Of a stretch of DNA of 54,153 nt, positions 26,266-35,699 are shown piece by piece. The DNA lies in contig JBBTJN010000179.1 of NCBI GenBank assembly GCA_038059415.1, positions 1-54,153 on the forward strand, in the 5' to 3' direction. The stretch comes from Elusimicrobiota bacterium (lineage in GTDB: Bacteria; Elusimicrobiota; Elusimicrobia; UBA1565; UBA9628). A program made the position numbers and the translations under genes. A model generated the notes under the pieces. The model ran no database searches. It was given only the letters and a program-made list of their open reading frames with translations, and was not told the origin of the DNA. Every line of letters begins with the position of its first letter. Position 1 is the first letter of the stretch.

Positions 26266-27519
26266 ATGACCCCCATCCCCCTCGCCGAAAAAACGCAGCT
26301 CCCGACCGCCCGGGATTTCTACGCCTCCGACGAACTCTTCCTCAACGACGAGGAGAAGATGGTCCGCGATTCGGCGCGGCAATTCGTCAAGACCGAACTC
26401 CTGGGGCGCATCCGCGCCTGGGACGAAGGCAGCCTCGCGCCGTACGCGAAGGGAGAAGACCTGACCCGGGACATCGCCCGAAAGATCGCAAGCAGCCTGA
26501 GCCTCTTCGGCGCGACGCTGCCGGACCTGGGCAAGTACGTCGGCGAGTCGGATTTCATCCCCATGTCCCCCGCCGCCTACGGGGCCGCCATGCGCGAGAT
26601 CGAATACGCGGACACCGCCGTGCGCAGCCTCGCGTCCGTGCAAAGCTCGCTGGGCATGTTCGCCATTTACTCCTTCGGATCGGAGGAACAGAAAAAGAAG
26701 TGGCTCCCCTCCCTCTACCGAGCGGAGAAATTAGTGTGCTTCGGCCTGACCGAGGCGCAAGGCGGGTCCGATCCCGCCAACATGCAGACCCGCGCGGAGA
26801 AGACCTCCGGCGGGTGGATATTGAACGGCGGAAAGGTCTGGATCACCAACGGCTTCGCGGATGTCGCGGTCGTCTGGGCGAAAACGGACGAAGGAATCCG
26901 CGGGTTCCTCGTCGAGAAGGGGACCCCGGGATTCTCGACGCGCCATGAAGTCAAGTGGGCCATGCGCGCCGGCACCGCCTCCTCGCTGTCCTTCACCAAC
27001 TGCAAGATCCCGGCCGACAACCTCCTGCCCAAAACCGTCGCCAAGCCGGGCCAGGACCTCAAGTGCTTCCTGAACTGCCTTTCCGAGGCGCGCTACAGCA
27101 TCGTCTGGGGCGCGGTCGGCGCCGCCCGCGCCTGTGTGGAGGAGGCCGTCCGCTTCTCGCAGGAGCGCATCCTCTTCGGCGAGCCGCTAGCCGCCAAGCA
27201 GGCGATCCAGTCGAAGCTCGTCTGGTCCCTCAACGAGACCGAGAACGCGAATCTCGTCGCCATACAGCTGGCGCGGCTGAAGGCCGCGGGCAAGCTCCAC
27301 TACGCCCACATCTCTCTGGCCAAGTACAACAACGTCGACAAGGCCATCTCGGTCGCTCAGCGCTGCGTGGACATGCTGCCGGCCGACGTCTTCACGTTCG
27401 AGGCCTACGATTCGGGCCGGCACCTGCGCAACATGCAGATCGTCAAGAAGTACGAGGGAGCGCACGAAATCCACGCCCTCGTGGTAGGCCGCGCGATCAC
27501 CGGCGTCTCCGCCTTCTAA
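26266..27519 (+). CDS. gcdH: Acyl-CoA dehydrogenase, glutaryl-CoA dehydrogenase-like
   Basis: RSLASVQSSLGM, CFGLTE.QGGSDP, LNGGKVWITN, CLSEARYSIVWG, YEGAHEIH.LVVGRAITG. Confidence 0.8.
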   Translation: MTPIPLAEKTQLPTARDFYASDELFLNDEEKMVRDSARQFVKTELLGRIRAWDEGSLAPYAKGEDLTRDIARKIASSLSLFGATLPDLGKYVGESDFIPMSPAAYGAAMREIEYADTAVRSLASVQSSLGMFAIYSFGSEEQKKKWLPSLYRAEKLVCFGLTEAQGGSDPANMQTRAEKTSGGWILNGGKVWITNGFADVAVVWAKTDEGIRGFLVEKGTPGFSTRHEVKWAMRAGTASSLSFTNCKIPADNLLPKTVAKPGQDLKCFLNCLSEARYSIVWGAVGAARACVEEAVRFSQERILFGEPLAAKQAIQSKLVWSLNETENANLVAIQLARLKAAGKLHYAHISLAKYNNVDKAISVAQRCVDMLPADVFTFEAYDSGRHLRNMQIVKKYEGAHEIHALVVGRAITGVSAF

Positions 27520-27554
27520 ACCTTCCGGCTCACGGAATTTAAGGATCGATGGGT

Positions 27555-29285
27555 CTAAGCATCGGTCGGGGTGACGCGGAAAACTTCCGCGAGCGTCGTC
27601 CGGCCCTTCAGGACTTCGATCATGCCGGCCATGCGCAGCGTGCGCATTCCGGTCGCTTGCGCGGCGCGCAGGATCTCGTTGACCGAGGCCCGGCTCTGGA
27701 TCAGCAGGCGAAGAGAGTCTTCGACCTCGAGGAGTTCGAAGAGCCCGATGCGTCCCGAATAACCGCGACCGCCGCAAGCCGCGCAGCCGCGCGGCCGGTA
27801 CAGCGTCGGCACGATGGACATCACCACCTCTCTCGGCAGCGAGACGGCGAGGCGGTCGAGGGTCTTCTTGGGCGGGTCGTATTTGACGCGGCACTCCGTG
27901 CAGAGCCGCCGGACCAGGCGCTGCGACATCACGGCTTTCAGCGCGCCGGCGATCAAAAAGGGGTCGACTTGCATATCGATCAAGCGCGCGATCGTCGATG
28001 GGGCGTCGTTGGTGTGCAGAGTGCTCAGGACGAGACGGCCGGTCAGCGCCGCCGAGAAGGAGATTTCCGCCGTCTCCAGGTCGCGAATCTCGCCGACGAG
28101 AAGAATGTCAGGATCGAGGCGCAGCGCCGCGCGCAGTCCGATGCTGAAAGTCATGTTGATTTTCGGGTTGACCTGAATCTGCGTGATGCCGCCCTCCTGC
28201 TGGCGATCGCCCTCAAGAATCGGGAACTCGATGGGATCCTCCAGGGTGAGGATCTTGGCCGAGGGCGTGCGGATCATCTGGATGAAGGAATAGAGCGTCG
28301 TCGTCTTGCCCGAGCCGGTCGGCCCGGTCACGAGCAGCATCCCGGTGTTCTGGAGGCCCAGGTCCTTGAGCCGGGCATGAATGTAGTCGGGCATGCCGAG
28401 GTCGTTCATGCTGACCTTCGCCGCGCGCGCGTCGAGAATGCGCATCACGAGGTTCTCTCCGTAGTGAGTGGCAATCGTCGCGATGCGCAGGTCCACGGTG
28501 CGCGTTTCGAGCTTCATGCTGATGCGTCCGTCCTGCGGATGGCGCGTATCGGTGATGTCGAGATTGGCCATGATCTTAAACACCGAGATGATCTGCGGGT
28601 GGACCGCCAGCGGCATGCGGTGGACGGTGCGCAGCATGCCGTCCGTGCGATAGCGCAGGAGAAGGGACGACTCCTGCGGCTCGATGTGAATGTCCGAGAC
28701 GTGCTGGTTCAAAGCGTCTTCGACGAGGGTTCGGATGAACCTTCGGATAGCGCTGTCGGACATTTCGTTGAGCGTCAGGCTCGCGAGTGGCGAGGACTCC
28801 TTCGCCTTTTCAGCGACGCCGCGGATCAGGTCCTCCATGCTCGTCGTCTGAACCGGACCCCGCGACATTTCCTCGACGTAAGGGTCGTACTGGTGCTCGG
28901 GCACGCCGACCATCATGACCTCGTAGCCCGTCATAAAAGTGACCACGTCGGAAGCCTCGACATCGCGCGGGTTCACCATCCCCAGCGTGAGAGATTGACC
29001 TTCAAGGCCGAGCGGTACGACCCGGTGGCGGATGATCAGAGGCAGGGGAATTAATCCAAAAAAGCGCTTCTGGGTTTCGGGCTGAATCGGGATGAACGGG
29101 ACCCTGTAGTACTCGGTGAGGCTTTTGCAGAGATCTTCGACCGTGAGCAGGTTCAGATCGATGAGGTTCTGGGCGAGCGAGTGGCCATTTTCCTCGACGG
29201 CTTGCTGCGCCTTAAGCAGGCTCATCTCGGAATACTTCTGCGCCTGCAGGGCGGCTTTGGCGTCCTGTCCGGTCCCGGCCGTCAC
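27555..29285 (-). CDS. GspE/PilB family secretion or pilus assembly ATPase
   Basis: SDIHIEP, GPTGSGKTTTLY, TLEDPIE, LRLDPDILLVGEIRD, STLHTND, Zn motif CTEC...CAAC, GRIG. Confidence 0.9.
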   Translation of the reverse strand: MTAGTGQDAKAALQAQKYSEMSLLKAQQAVEENGHSLAQNLIDLNLLTVEDLCKSLTEYYRVPFIPIQPETQKRFFGLIPLPLIIRHRVVPLGLEGQSLTLGMVNPRDVEASDVVTFMTGYEVMMVGVPEHQYDPYVEEMSRGPVQTTSMEDLIRGVAEKAKESSPLASLTLNEMSDSAIRRFIRTLVEDALNQHVSDIHIEPQESSLLLRYRTDGMLRTVHRMPLAVHPQIISVFKIMANLDITDTRHPQDGRISMKLETRTVDLRIATIATHYGENLVMRILDARAAKVSMNDLGMPDYIHARLKDLGLQNTGMLLVTGPTGSGKTTTLYSFIQMIRTPSAKILTLEDPIEFPILEGDRQQEGGITQIQVNPKINMTFSIGLRAALRLDPDILLVGEIRDLETAEISFSAALTGRLVLSTLHTNDAPSTIARLIDMQVDPFLIAGALKAVMSQRLVRRLCTECRVKYDPPKKTLDRLAVSLPREVVMSIVPTLYRPRGCAACGGRGYSGRIGLFELLEVEDSLRLLIQSRASVNEILRAAQATGMRTLRMAGMIEVLKGRTTLAEVFRVTPTDA

Positions 29286-29674
29286 GGCGCACTCCGCGTT
29301 GAGAGGTGGCGCGCGACCGCGGCAAGGAGCGTGGGGTAGTCCGGCGGCTTTGTGAAGTGGTCGTCCGCGTACGACTCGTAGGAGCGCACTTCGTCGTTTG
29401 GGGTCAACTTTCCCGTCAACATGATCACGGGGAGCTGATTAGGGAATGCCCTCTCCTTGAGGCGCAGGCAAAGTTCCCACCCCACCAACGACGGCAGGAG
29501 AACATCGCTGATGACGAGATCCGGCATGCGAACCTCGGCTCTGCCCAGGGCCTCAAGCCCATCCTTGGCGCATTGGACTTCGTAGCCCGCCTCCTCAAGC
29601 CGATGGGTCAATATCGCAAGCATCTCGGGCATATCGTCAACCACGAGGATGAGAGCCTTGCCTGAGCCGGCCAT
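29282..29674 (-). CDS. Single-domain response regulator
   Basis: ILVVDD, ISDVLLP, MLT, KP. Confidence 0.9.
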   Translation of the reverse strand: MAGSGKALILVVDDMPEMLAILTHRLEEAGYEVQCAKDGLEALGRAEVRMPDLVISDVLLPSLVGWELCLRLKERAFPNQLPVIMLTGKLTPNDEVRSYESYADDHFTKPPDYPTLLAAVARHLSTRSAP

Positions 29675-30084
29675 TATCCAACCTGCTTGTCCACGGAACT
29701 ATTCTCGTCTCTCTTGAGGAGGCGGTTGACGGTGGCGAGCAGTTCCGCCTCGTCGATGGGCTTGCTGATGAATTCGTTGGCGCCCACTTCGAACGACTGG
29801 AGCATATCCACGGGGGTGTTCTTCGAGGTCATGACGATGATCGGAATATGATCGTTTACGATTGCCGCGCGTATGCGCAGGCAAGTTTCCCAACCGTTGA
29901 GAGTCGGCATGACGACGTCCAAGACAACGAGATCGGGATGGATACTCCCGAGCTTCTCCAGACCTTCCTTCCCGTTCACGGCCAAGTGAACCCCAAAGCC
30001 GTTGGCGGTCAACAATATTTCGAGATATTTGCGGTTCAGCGCGGAGTCGTCAATGACAAGTATTTGCTTTAAATCAGAACCCAT
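29674..30084 (-). CDS. Single-domain response regulator (PilH-like)
   Basis: ILVIDD, VLDVVMP, MTSK, KP. Confidence 0.9.
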   Translation of the reverse strand: MGSDLKQILVIDDSALNRKYLEILLTANGFGVHLAVNGKEGLEKLGSIHPDLVVLDVVMPTLNGWETCLRIRAAIVNDHIPIIVMTSKNTPVDMLQSFEVGANEFISKPIDEAELLATVNRLLKRDENSSVDKQVG

Positions 30085-30163
30085 AAGCCGTCACTCCACT
30101 CGGTCATCCAAGACCGTCACCAATGGAATAGCTCATTAATCGCTTTCCGTCAAGCCAATCTCC

Positions 30164-30892
30164 TTAATATTCCGTCGCGACTCCCCATTGGGGGGGAGGC
30201 AGGGCCTCGACGGGTTCGCTCACGTGGGGGCTTGGGGCGGCCTTTGTCGCGAACTCCTCGTGCGGGGCGGGCTGGGCGGACGTCGATGGCAGGGCGGGAG
30301 GCAGGACGGGAGGCAGGGCGGGAGGCAGGGCGGGAGGCAGGGCGGGAGGCGGGACGGACGCCGTAGGCGCGACGTCACGGCGGCTGTCATCGCCAAGTCG
30401 GCGCTGCTGCTCCGCCAGTCTGTCGCGCTCGAAACGAAGCTTCTCCTCATCAAGCCGACGGCGCTCCTCGCGCAGGACCTCCGCTTGATGACGAAGGCGC
30501 TGCTCCGCTAGCTGCGCTTCGGCCGAGGACAAAATGGCGTAGCGTACGCGAAGATCCTCGGTCCAGGCGCGTAAGTCGCAGCGCGTCTCCTCCAAGCGGC
30601 GCCTCTCGTCGCGCAGACGAAGGAAGAGTCTTCGCAGGAGGCCATGTCGCGCGTCCCGGACTTCGCCCTGGGCCGAGGAGAGCGCGGCCTCTCCTTTCTG
30701 AGCCCACGAGGCCGCACCAGGCCCCGCGACCGGGACACCGGGAGGCACGGGCCGCTCGAGATCCTGACAAGCCTCCTCGAGACCGCAGCGCGACTCCTCC
30801 AGCGAGGCAAGCAGTTTGTCGATCCCAATCGGTGATTTTGGTTCTTTTTGGGTCATCACCATGAGTGTAGACCTCATCGCCAAAATTATCAA
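30164..30892 (-). CDS. Hypothetical coiled-coil protein with Pro-rich tail
   Basis: Glu/Arg/Leu-rich helical middle and PPAL repeats; co-directional inside the cluster; start uncertain. Confidence 0.55.
   Translation of the reverse strand: MIILAMRSTLMVMTQKEPKSPIGIDKLLASLEESRCGLEEACQDLERPVPPGVPVAGPGAASWAQKGEAALSSAQGEVRDARHGLLRRLFLRLRDERRRLEETRCDLRAWTEDLRVRYAILSSAEAQLAEQRLRHQAEVLREERRRLDEEKLRFERDRLAEQQRRLGDDSRRDVAPTASVPPPALPPALPPALPPVLPPALPSTSAQPAPHEEFATKAAPSPHVSEPVEALPPPQWGVATEY
30288..30350. repeat. 12-bp tandem repeat, five copies (PPAL)
   Basis: GGCAGGGCGGGA units, one with a substitution. Confidence 0.9.
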
Positions 30893-30949
30893 GACCAGGA
30901 TGTTAAATGAATGTTTCCAACTCCATCGGGCGTTTGCCGCGGAAGTCGG

Positions 30950-31966
30950 TCAACCCCAGGCGGCGACGAGGTCAATGAGCGCGGTTCCGATCTTCTGCGC
31001 AGGCAGGATGTGATCGACGACGCCGGCGCTGATAGCTTCCTTGGCCATGCCGAAAATTATGCTCGAGGCCTCATCCTGCGCGTAGGTGGCGCCCCCAAGT
31101 TCCTTGATCTTCCTCATCCCCGCCACTCCGTCCTCTCCCATTCCGGTCAGCAGGACGCCGATGCAGCGCTTGCCGAAGACCTGCGCGGCATCCGCCATGG
31201 CGAGGTCAATCCAGGGCTGGATGTGATGGGGCGACACGCGGCTGACGAGCTGGATCTTGCCGCCACCCTGATGGGCCGCGAGTTTGACGCTGATCCCGCC
31301 GGGCGTCAGGTACGCCGTGCCCGCCCGCAGCGCGACCCCGTTCTCGACCTGCTCGACCGGGATTCTCGTGGAGTTCCTCATGCCGTTTGCGACCAGGTCG
31401 GTAAACTCCGCGGAAAGGTGCTGAACGATGAGCACGGCCGCGGGGAAGTCCGGAGGGATCTCCGCAAGAACGCGCTTGACGGCCTTGGGCCCGCCGGTCG
31501 AAGCGCCGATGACGACCAGCGCGTCCGCCACGCGCTTGCCGCGCTTCTGGAGTCTGCGTTCGAGCATGGTCGCCGTCGTGACCGATGCGATTTCGCGCAG
31601 CTTGGCGAGATATGAGGACGGAAATCGCGCCCACTCCTTGCCGCCGGGTTCCGGTTTGCGCAGGTGATCCAAGGCGCCGCGCCCCATCGCCGCGGCCGCA
31701 ATCGAGCTCTCCAGGGGTTTGTCGCCGCTCATCATCAAAACGGGCAAGGGGTCGTACTTCATCATGGCGTCGAGTATCTGCAGCGCGTTCATGTCCGGCA
31801 AAATCGCGTCGAGGCTGATCGCATCGGGGAGCGTGCCGCGCATGAGACTTAAGCCTTCGCGTCCGGTCGAAGCGATGCCCAGCAGTTCCATGCCGGGATC
31901 GCCGGCGACGATATCCCCCAGCATGGGTCGGCCTCCCTCGACGACCAAGACCCGAATGCGCTTCAA
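30950..31966 (-). CDS. cheB: Chemotaxis methylesterase CheB (REC + methylesterase)
   Basis: IGASTGGP, VQH and LTGMGEDG (Ser-His-Asp triad intact), QDEASSIIFGM; the REC acidic pocket is degenerate (VEGG). Confidence 0.9.
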   Translation of the reverse strand: MKRIRVLVVEGGRPMLGDIVAGDPGMELLGIASTGREGLSLMRGTLPDAISLDAILPDMNALQILDAMMKYDPLPVLMMSGDKPLESSIAAAAMGRGALDHLRKPEPGGKEWARFPSSYLAKLREIASVTTATMLERRLQKRGKRVADALVVIGASTGGPKAVKRVLAEIPPDFPAAVLIVQHLSAEFTDLVANGMRNSTRIPVEQVENGVALRAGTAYLTPGGISVKLAAHQGGGKIQLVSRVSPHHIQPWIDLAMADAAQVFGKRCIGVLLTGMGEDGVAGMRKIKELGGATYAQDEASSIIFGMAKEAISAGVVDHILPAQKIGTALIDLVAAWG

Positions 31967-31999
31967 CGCATCACCCTTCGATTGTTTTGCCGATCCCGA

Positions 32000-32809
32000 T
32001 CAGCCGATTTTTTCATACACGTTATGCGCGACGTCGAACGGCGCGAACAAGTTTTCAGCCGTCAGGCTCTCGATGCCGCCCAGGATTAAGAAGCCTCCGC
32101 GAGATAAAGTCCTATGAAAAAAACCCATGATGCTGTCGCGGCCCGAGGCGGACATGTAGATCAGGACGTTGCGGCAGACGATCAAGTCGGCGATCGGCAG
32201 CTCTTTCATCGAGGTGAGATCGTGTTTGGAGAACCGCACGGCATCTCGCGCCGTGGATCGAATCATAACCGCACCCTCGATCCTCTCGAAATAACGGCCG
32301 TAGGGCTCGGGAACCGCGGCCGCCGCCTCGCCGGCATAAACCGCTTTGCGCGCGAATTCGATGGACTGAGCGTTGATGTCGGTCGCCTGCACGGAATATT
32401 TAAGATCGGGGTTATGGCCGCGTATGAAATTATGGAGGATCATCGAAAGGGTATAGGCTTCTTCGCCGGTGGCGCAACCGGCGCTCCAGACCCGGAGTTC
32501 CCCCGTGTGGCCGCGTCTGAGGAGCATCTCGGGAAGCACGCGCTTTTCCAGGGACTCATAGACGCCTAGATCGCGGAAGAACTCCGTGACGTTGATCGAC
32601 AGCACCCTCAGCAGTTCCTCCCGTTCTTCGGGATGCCTCTTCAATATGACGACGTAGTCCATATAGCCGGCAATATGCCAGCGCTCGAGCCGCCGGGCCA
32701 GGCGCCGTTCGAGAAATTCCCGGCCATAGGGAGACAAATCCATCCCATATCTCAGCTGAAGGAGATTCTTGAGTTTATCGAAATCGTCTCGGATGGGAAG
32801 ATCGGCCAT
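32000..32809 (-). CDS. cheR: Chemotaxis methyltransferase CheR
   Basis: INVTEFFRD, WSAGCATGEEAY, ATDI, CRNVLIY. Confidence 0.95.
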   Translation of the reverse strand: MADLPIRDDFDKLKNLLQLRYGMDLSPYGREFLERRLARRLERWHIAGYMDYVVILKRHPEEREELLRVLSINVTEFFRDLGVYESLEKRVLPEMLLRRGHTGELRVWSAGCATGEEAYTLSMILHNFIRGHNPDLKYSVQATDINAQSIEFARKAVYAGEAAAAVPEPYGRYFERIEGAVMIRSTARDAVRFSKHDLTSMKELPIADLIVCRNVLIYMSASGRDSIMGFFHRTLSRGGFLILGGIESLTAENLFAPFDVAHNVYEKIG

Positions 32810-32815
32810 GCGCGC

Positions 32816-32959
32816 TCAGACGAGCATCAGGCGAACGGCAGGCCGTAGGTCCTGAAAAATAAACAGCGTTTCACACTGCGCGTCCAGGCTTGCGCAGGAG
32901 AATACAGCGTGCGCGGTCGACATCAGCTCCGAGTGATCCACGATTAAGGCGGTCTTCAT
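32816..32959 (-). pseudogene. 47-aa internally deleted remnant of a REC-CheC paralog
   Basis: MKTALIVDHS resembles the start (MKTALVVDNS) and FSCASLDAQCETLFIF resembles the end (YSCESLGIVCETIFML) of ORF 33891..35645. GGAG RBS present. Confidence 0.65.
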
Positions 32960-33029
32960 ATGTCTCCCGTTCGGATCGGACGACGACTGGGCGGGCGAAA
33001 GGACGCGACGGCGACGCCGCGCGCGAGGA

Positions 33030-33446
33030 CTACGTCCCGGGAATCTTCGGCGCGAGGGTCGCCGTGATCTTAGCCAGCAACCTGGCCGCATCCACGGGCT
33101 TTACGATATAGCCGGCGGCCCCGTAGCCGAAGGCCTTCTCCACGTCCTTGCCTGTCTGCGAGCCCGTGACCATGATAACCGGGAGCGGAGCGGTCTTGGG
33201 GTTGCTTTTCAAGCGTGCCAGAGTTTCAATCCCGTCCATTCCCGGCATCATCATGTCCAACAAGATCATCTTCGGCATATGAGCCTCAGCCAACTTAAGG
33301 GCGTCGAGACCGTTGGACGCCTCCAGCATCTCATAGCCCGCGGGTTCCAGGATCATCTTGATGCTCATGATGATCAGCCCGGAGTCGTCAACGACCAAAA
33401 TCAACGGTTTACCGCTTCTGGCCGGTTTCGAGGAAAAAAAGCCCAT
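33030..33446 (-). CDS. Single-domain response regulator with MGFFS N-terminus
   Basis: AGGAGG RBS, ATG 33446; ILVVDD, LLDMMMP, VT, VKP. Confidence 0.9.
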   Translation of the reverse strand: MGFFSSKPARSGKPLILVVDDSGLIIMSIKMILEPAGYEMLEASNGLDALKLAEAHMPKMILLDMMMPGMDGIETLARLKSNPKTAPLPVIMVTGSQTGKDVEKAFGYGAAGYIVKPVDAARLLAKITATLAPKIPGT

Positions 33447-33475
33447 GCCTAAAACCTCCTTGTCGCACGCGCTCC

Positions 33476-33916
33476 TTAGGCGTCGGACTTGCGGCGGGTG
33501 GTGTCGTTTCTCATGATTCGCCCGATCGCGTCTTTGAGCTTGCCCCATTCGGCCGGCTTCGACACATACTCGCAAGTCCCCATGTGAGCATACTGATCCC
33601 GAACGAGCTTCTGATCGACGGCGCTGACGATAATGAACCGCGCGTCGGCGTCAAAATCCACGATGCTTCTAATCGCCTCGAGCCCGGAGCTTTCGGGCAT
33701 GTTCATATCCATCGTCGTGATGTCGGGGTGCGTTTCCTTGTACAGGGCGAGGGATTCCGCGGCGTTCTTAGCCTCGCCCACCACCGTGTGACCGTTGGAC
33801 TCCAGCATGTCCTTTAAGAACATCCGAGTAATGAGGGAGTCATCCGTGATCAACACCCGGCAGGCCCGCGCCTTCTCTTTGCAACCACCTTCATGAGCGT
33901 CCATTTCCCCTCCCAA
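33476..33916 (-). CDS. cheY: CheY-like response regulator
   Basis: LITDDSLITRMFLK, TMDMNMP, VSA, SKP; Thermotoga/Bacillus-type CheY pattern. Confidence 0.8.
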   Translation of the reverse strand: MGGEMDAHEGGCKEKARACRVLITDDSLITRMFLKDMLESNGHTVVGEAKNAAESLALYKETHPDITTMDMNMPESSGLEAIRSIVDFDADARFIIVSAVDQKLVRDQYAHMGTCEYVSKPAEWGKLKDAIGRIMRNDTTRRKSDA

Positions 33917-35645
33917 TTAACTTATCCAGGCTGTCCACGTGCAACATGAATATCGTTTCGCAGACGATGCCCAAACTTTCGCATGAATATTTATTTTTCG
34001 CCAGAACCCCTTGATCCAGGGAACTGAAAATTTGACCGGAGGCCTGCTTGATGATATCCGGCACGGACTTAGCCAGGAATTCGGGAGGCGTGCTGAGAAT
34101 GGCGCTCCCCATGGTGTCTGCGAAAACGTTGAGCAAGTTGGTGATCATGATGTTCCCCCATTCCATCGTCGCCAGCTTGATCACTTCCTTGTCCGGGATC
34201 GACGTCAAGTGTTTGTTGACCAGAAGGGCGGACATGCGCTCGGCGCTTTGTTGAGGGACAAGAAAGAGGCACACGATGGGGGTATCGCCGGACACCGTCA
34301 TCTGAATGGACACCGACTCCCAGTCTTTGGAGTCGAACAAGGATGCCAGCTTCAAGTCGGAGCCCTGATAAAGCTCGACGGACGATAAAACCCACGTCGA
34401 ATTGCACATGACATTGAGAGCTTCGATGCAGCGCTGCGCTCCATCCCGCAGCAATTTCTTGAGATTCTCGGCTTCCTCCCGGCTGATGGAGAAAGTATTT
34501 TTTTCGACCGGACCGACCTCGAGCTCAAGGGCGAGGGCGGCCTTCAGAGCGTCTCCGGTCAAGGGCTTATGCAGGACGGAGAGGGCCCCTAAAGTGAGCA
34601 ACTCCGCCTTGACCTTCTCCTGGGAAACCGATGTCACCATGATCACCCGGGCCTGCGGATTGGTCAATTTAATGCTCCGGAGCACATCCATGCCCGAGCC
34701 CCCGGGCATCACGAGGTCAACGGTCACGAGGTCCGGGCGCAGATCGTGGTACGCCTTAATGCCCTCCGGGACGTCGCAGGCCTCGCCGACCACGTCAAAA
34801 CCGTGCTCTTCGAGCAATCCCCGAATAATGGCGCGCATTACGACGGAATCATCCACCACGAGAGCCCGCTTCTTGACGACGCCCTGCGTGAATTTGGATT
34901 CCTCATCGAGAGCGTGCGCCAGTTCATTGATGGTCAATGGCTTATGTATGACGGCCAGGGCGCCGAGGCCCATCAGATCTTCCCTAATTTTTTCCTGGGA
35001 AACGGACGTCACCATGATCACCCGAGCCTCGGGGTTGATCCATTTGATGCGTTTGAGCACGTCCATGCCGGAACCGCCGGGCATCACGACATCGACGGTG
35101 ACCACGTCAGGGCGAAGCACCTCATACGCCTCGATGCCCGTCTTGACGTCGTCCGCCTCCCCGATCACCGCTACACCGTACTCCTCCAGCACCTCGCGCA
35201 CCATGGCGCGCATCACCGCGGAATCATCCACGATGAGAGCCCGCAGTTTCCCGGCGACAGACGCGGCCTCTTTGGACGCGGACGGATTGGAGGCGATGCA
35301 CGCAAGCGCCTCCTTCAAACCGTCGCTCGTCAACGGCTTGCGCAGGACCGCCGACGCGCCCAACGCCATGGCCCCATGCTGCGAATTGTCCGATCCGATG
35401 TCGGAGACGATGATGACGCGAGCGCCGTCATGTCTCTCATGAATATTTTTCAGGACCAGGAGGCCGGAGCCTCCCGGCATGATGATGTCGAGGGTGACGA
35501 GATCAGGCTTGTAGGCTTGGTAGGCGTCGATTGCTTCCTGAACGTCGCCGGCTTCGGCGATCGTCTCGATGTCATTCTCGCGCAGAATTTCCTTGATGTA
35601 GGTCCGCACAAAACGGGAGTTGTCGACGACTAGGGCAGTTTTCAT
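33891..35645 (-). CDS. Triple CheY-like REC domains fused to a CheC-like phosphatase domain
   Basis: Three copies of ALxVD(N/D)S...T(L/V)D.xMPGGSG...KPLT, then a CheC-like tail with MEWGNI (ExxN) and STPP. Confidence 0.85.
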   Translation of the reverse strand: MKTALVVDNSRFVRTYIKEILRENDIETIAEAGDVQEAIDAYQAYKPDLVTLDIIMPGGSGLLVLKNIHERHDGARVIIVSDIGSDNSQHGAMALGASAVLRKPLTSDGLKEALACIASNPSASKEAASVAGKLRALIVDDSAVMRAMVREVLEEYGVAVIGEADDVKTGIEAYEVLRPDVVTVDVVMPGGSGMDVLKRIKWINPEARVIMVTSVSQEKIREDLMGLGALAVIHKPLTINELAHALDEESKFTQGVVKKRALVVDDSVVMRAIIRGLLEEHGFDVVGEACDVPEGIKAYHDLRPDLVTVDLVMPGGSGMDVLRSIKLTNPQARVIMVTSVSQEKVKAELLTLGALSVLHKPLTGDALKAALALELEVGPVEKNTFSISREEAENLKKLLRDGAQRCIEALNVMCNSTWVLSSVELYQGSDLKLASLFDSKDWESVSIQMTVSGDTPIVCLFLVPQQSAERMSALLVNKHLTSIPDKEVIKLATMEWGNIMITNLLNVFADTMGSAILSTPPEFLAKSVPDIIKQASGQIFSSLDQGVLAKNKYSCESLGIVCETIFMLHVDSLDKLIGRGNGRS

Positions 35646-35699
35646 TAATTTACCGAGTGTAACAGGGCTCCATGTAATTGTCCAGGTCCGCGCAAACGC

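Noticed and set aside
29100-29285. MshEN c-di-GMP-binding motif in the PilB/GspE N-terminus
   Set aside because: SLAQNLIDLNLLT lacks the conserved RLG and GxI residues, so binding is not supported.
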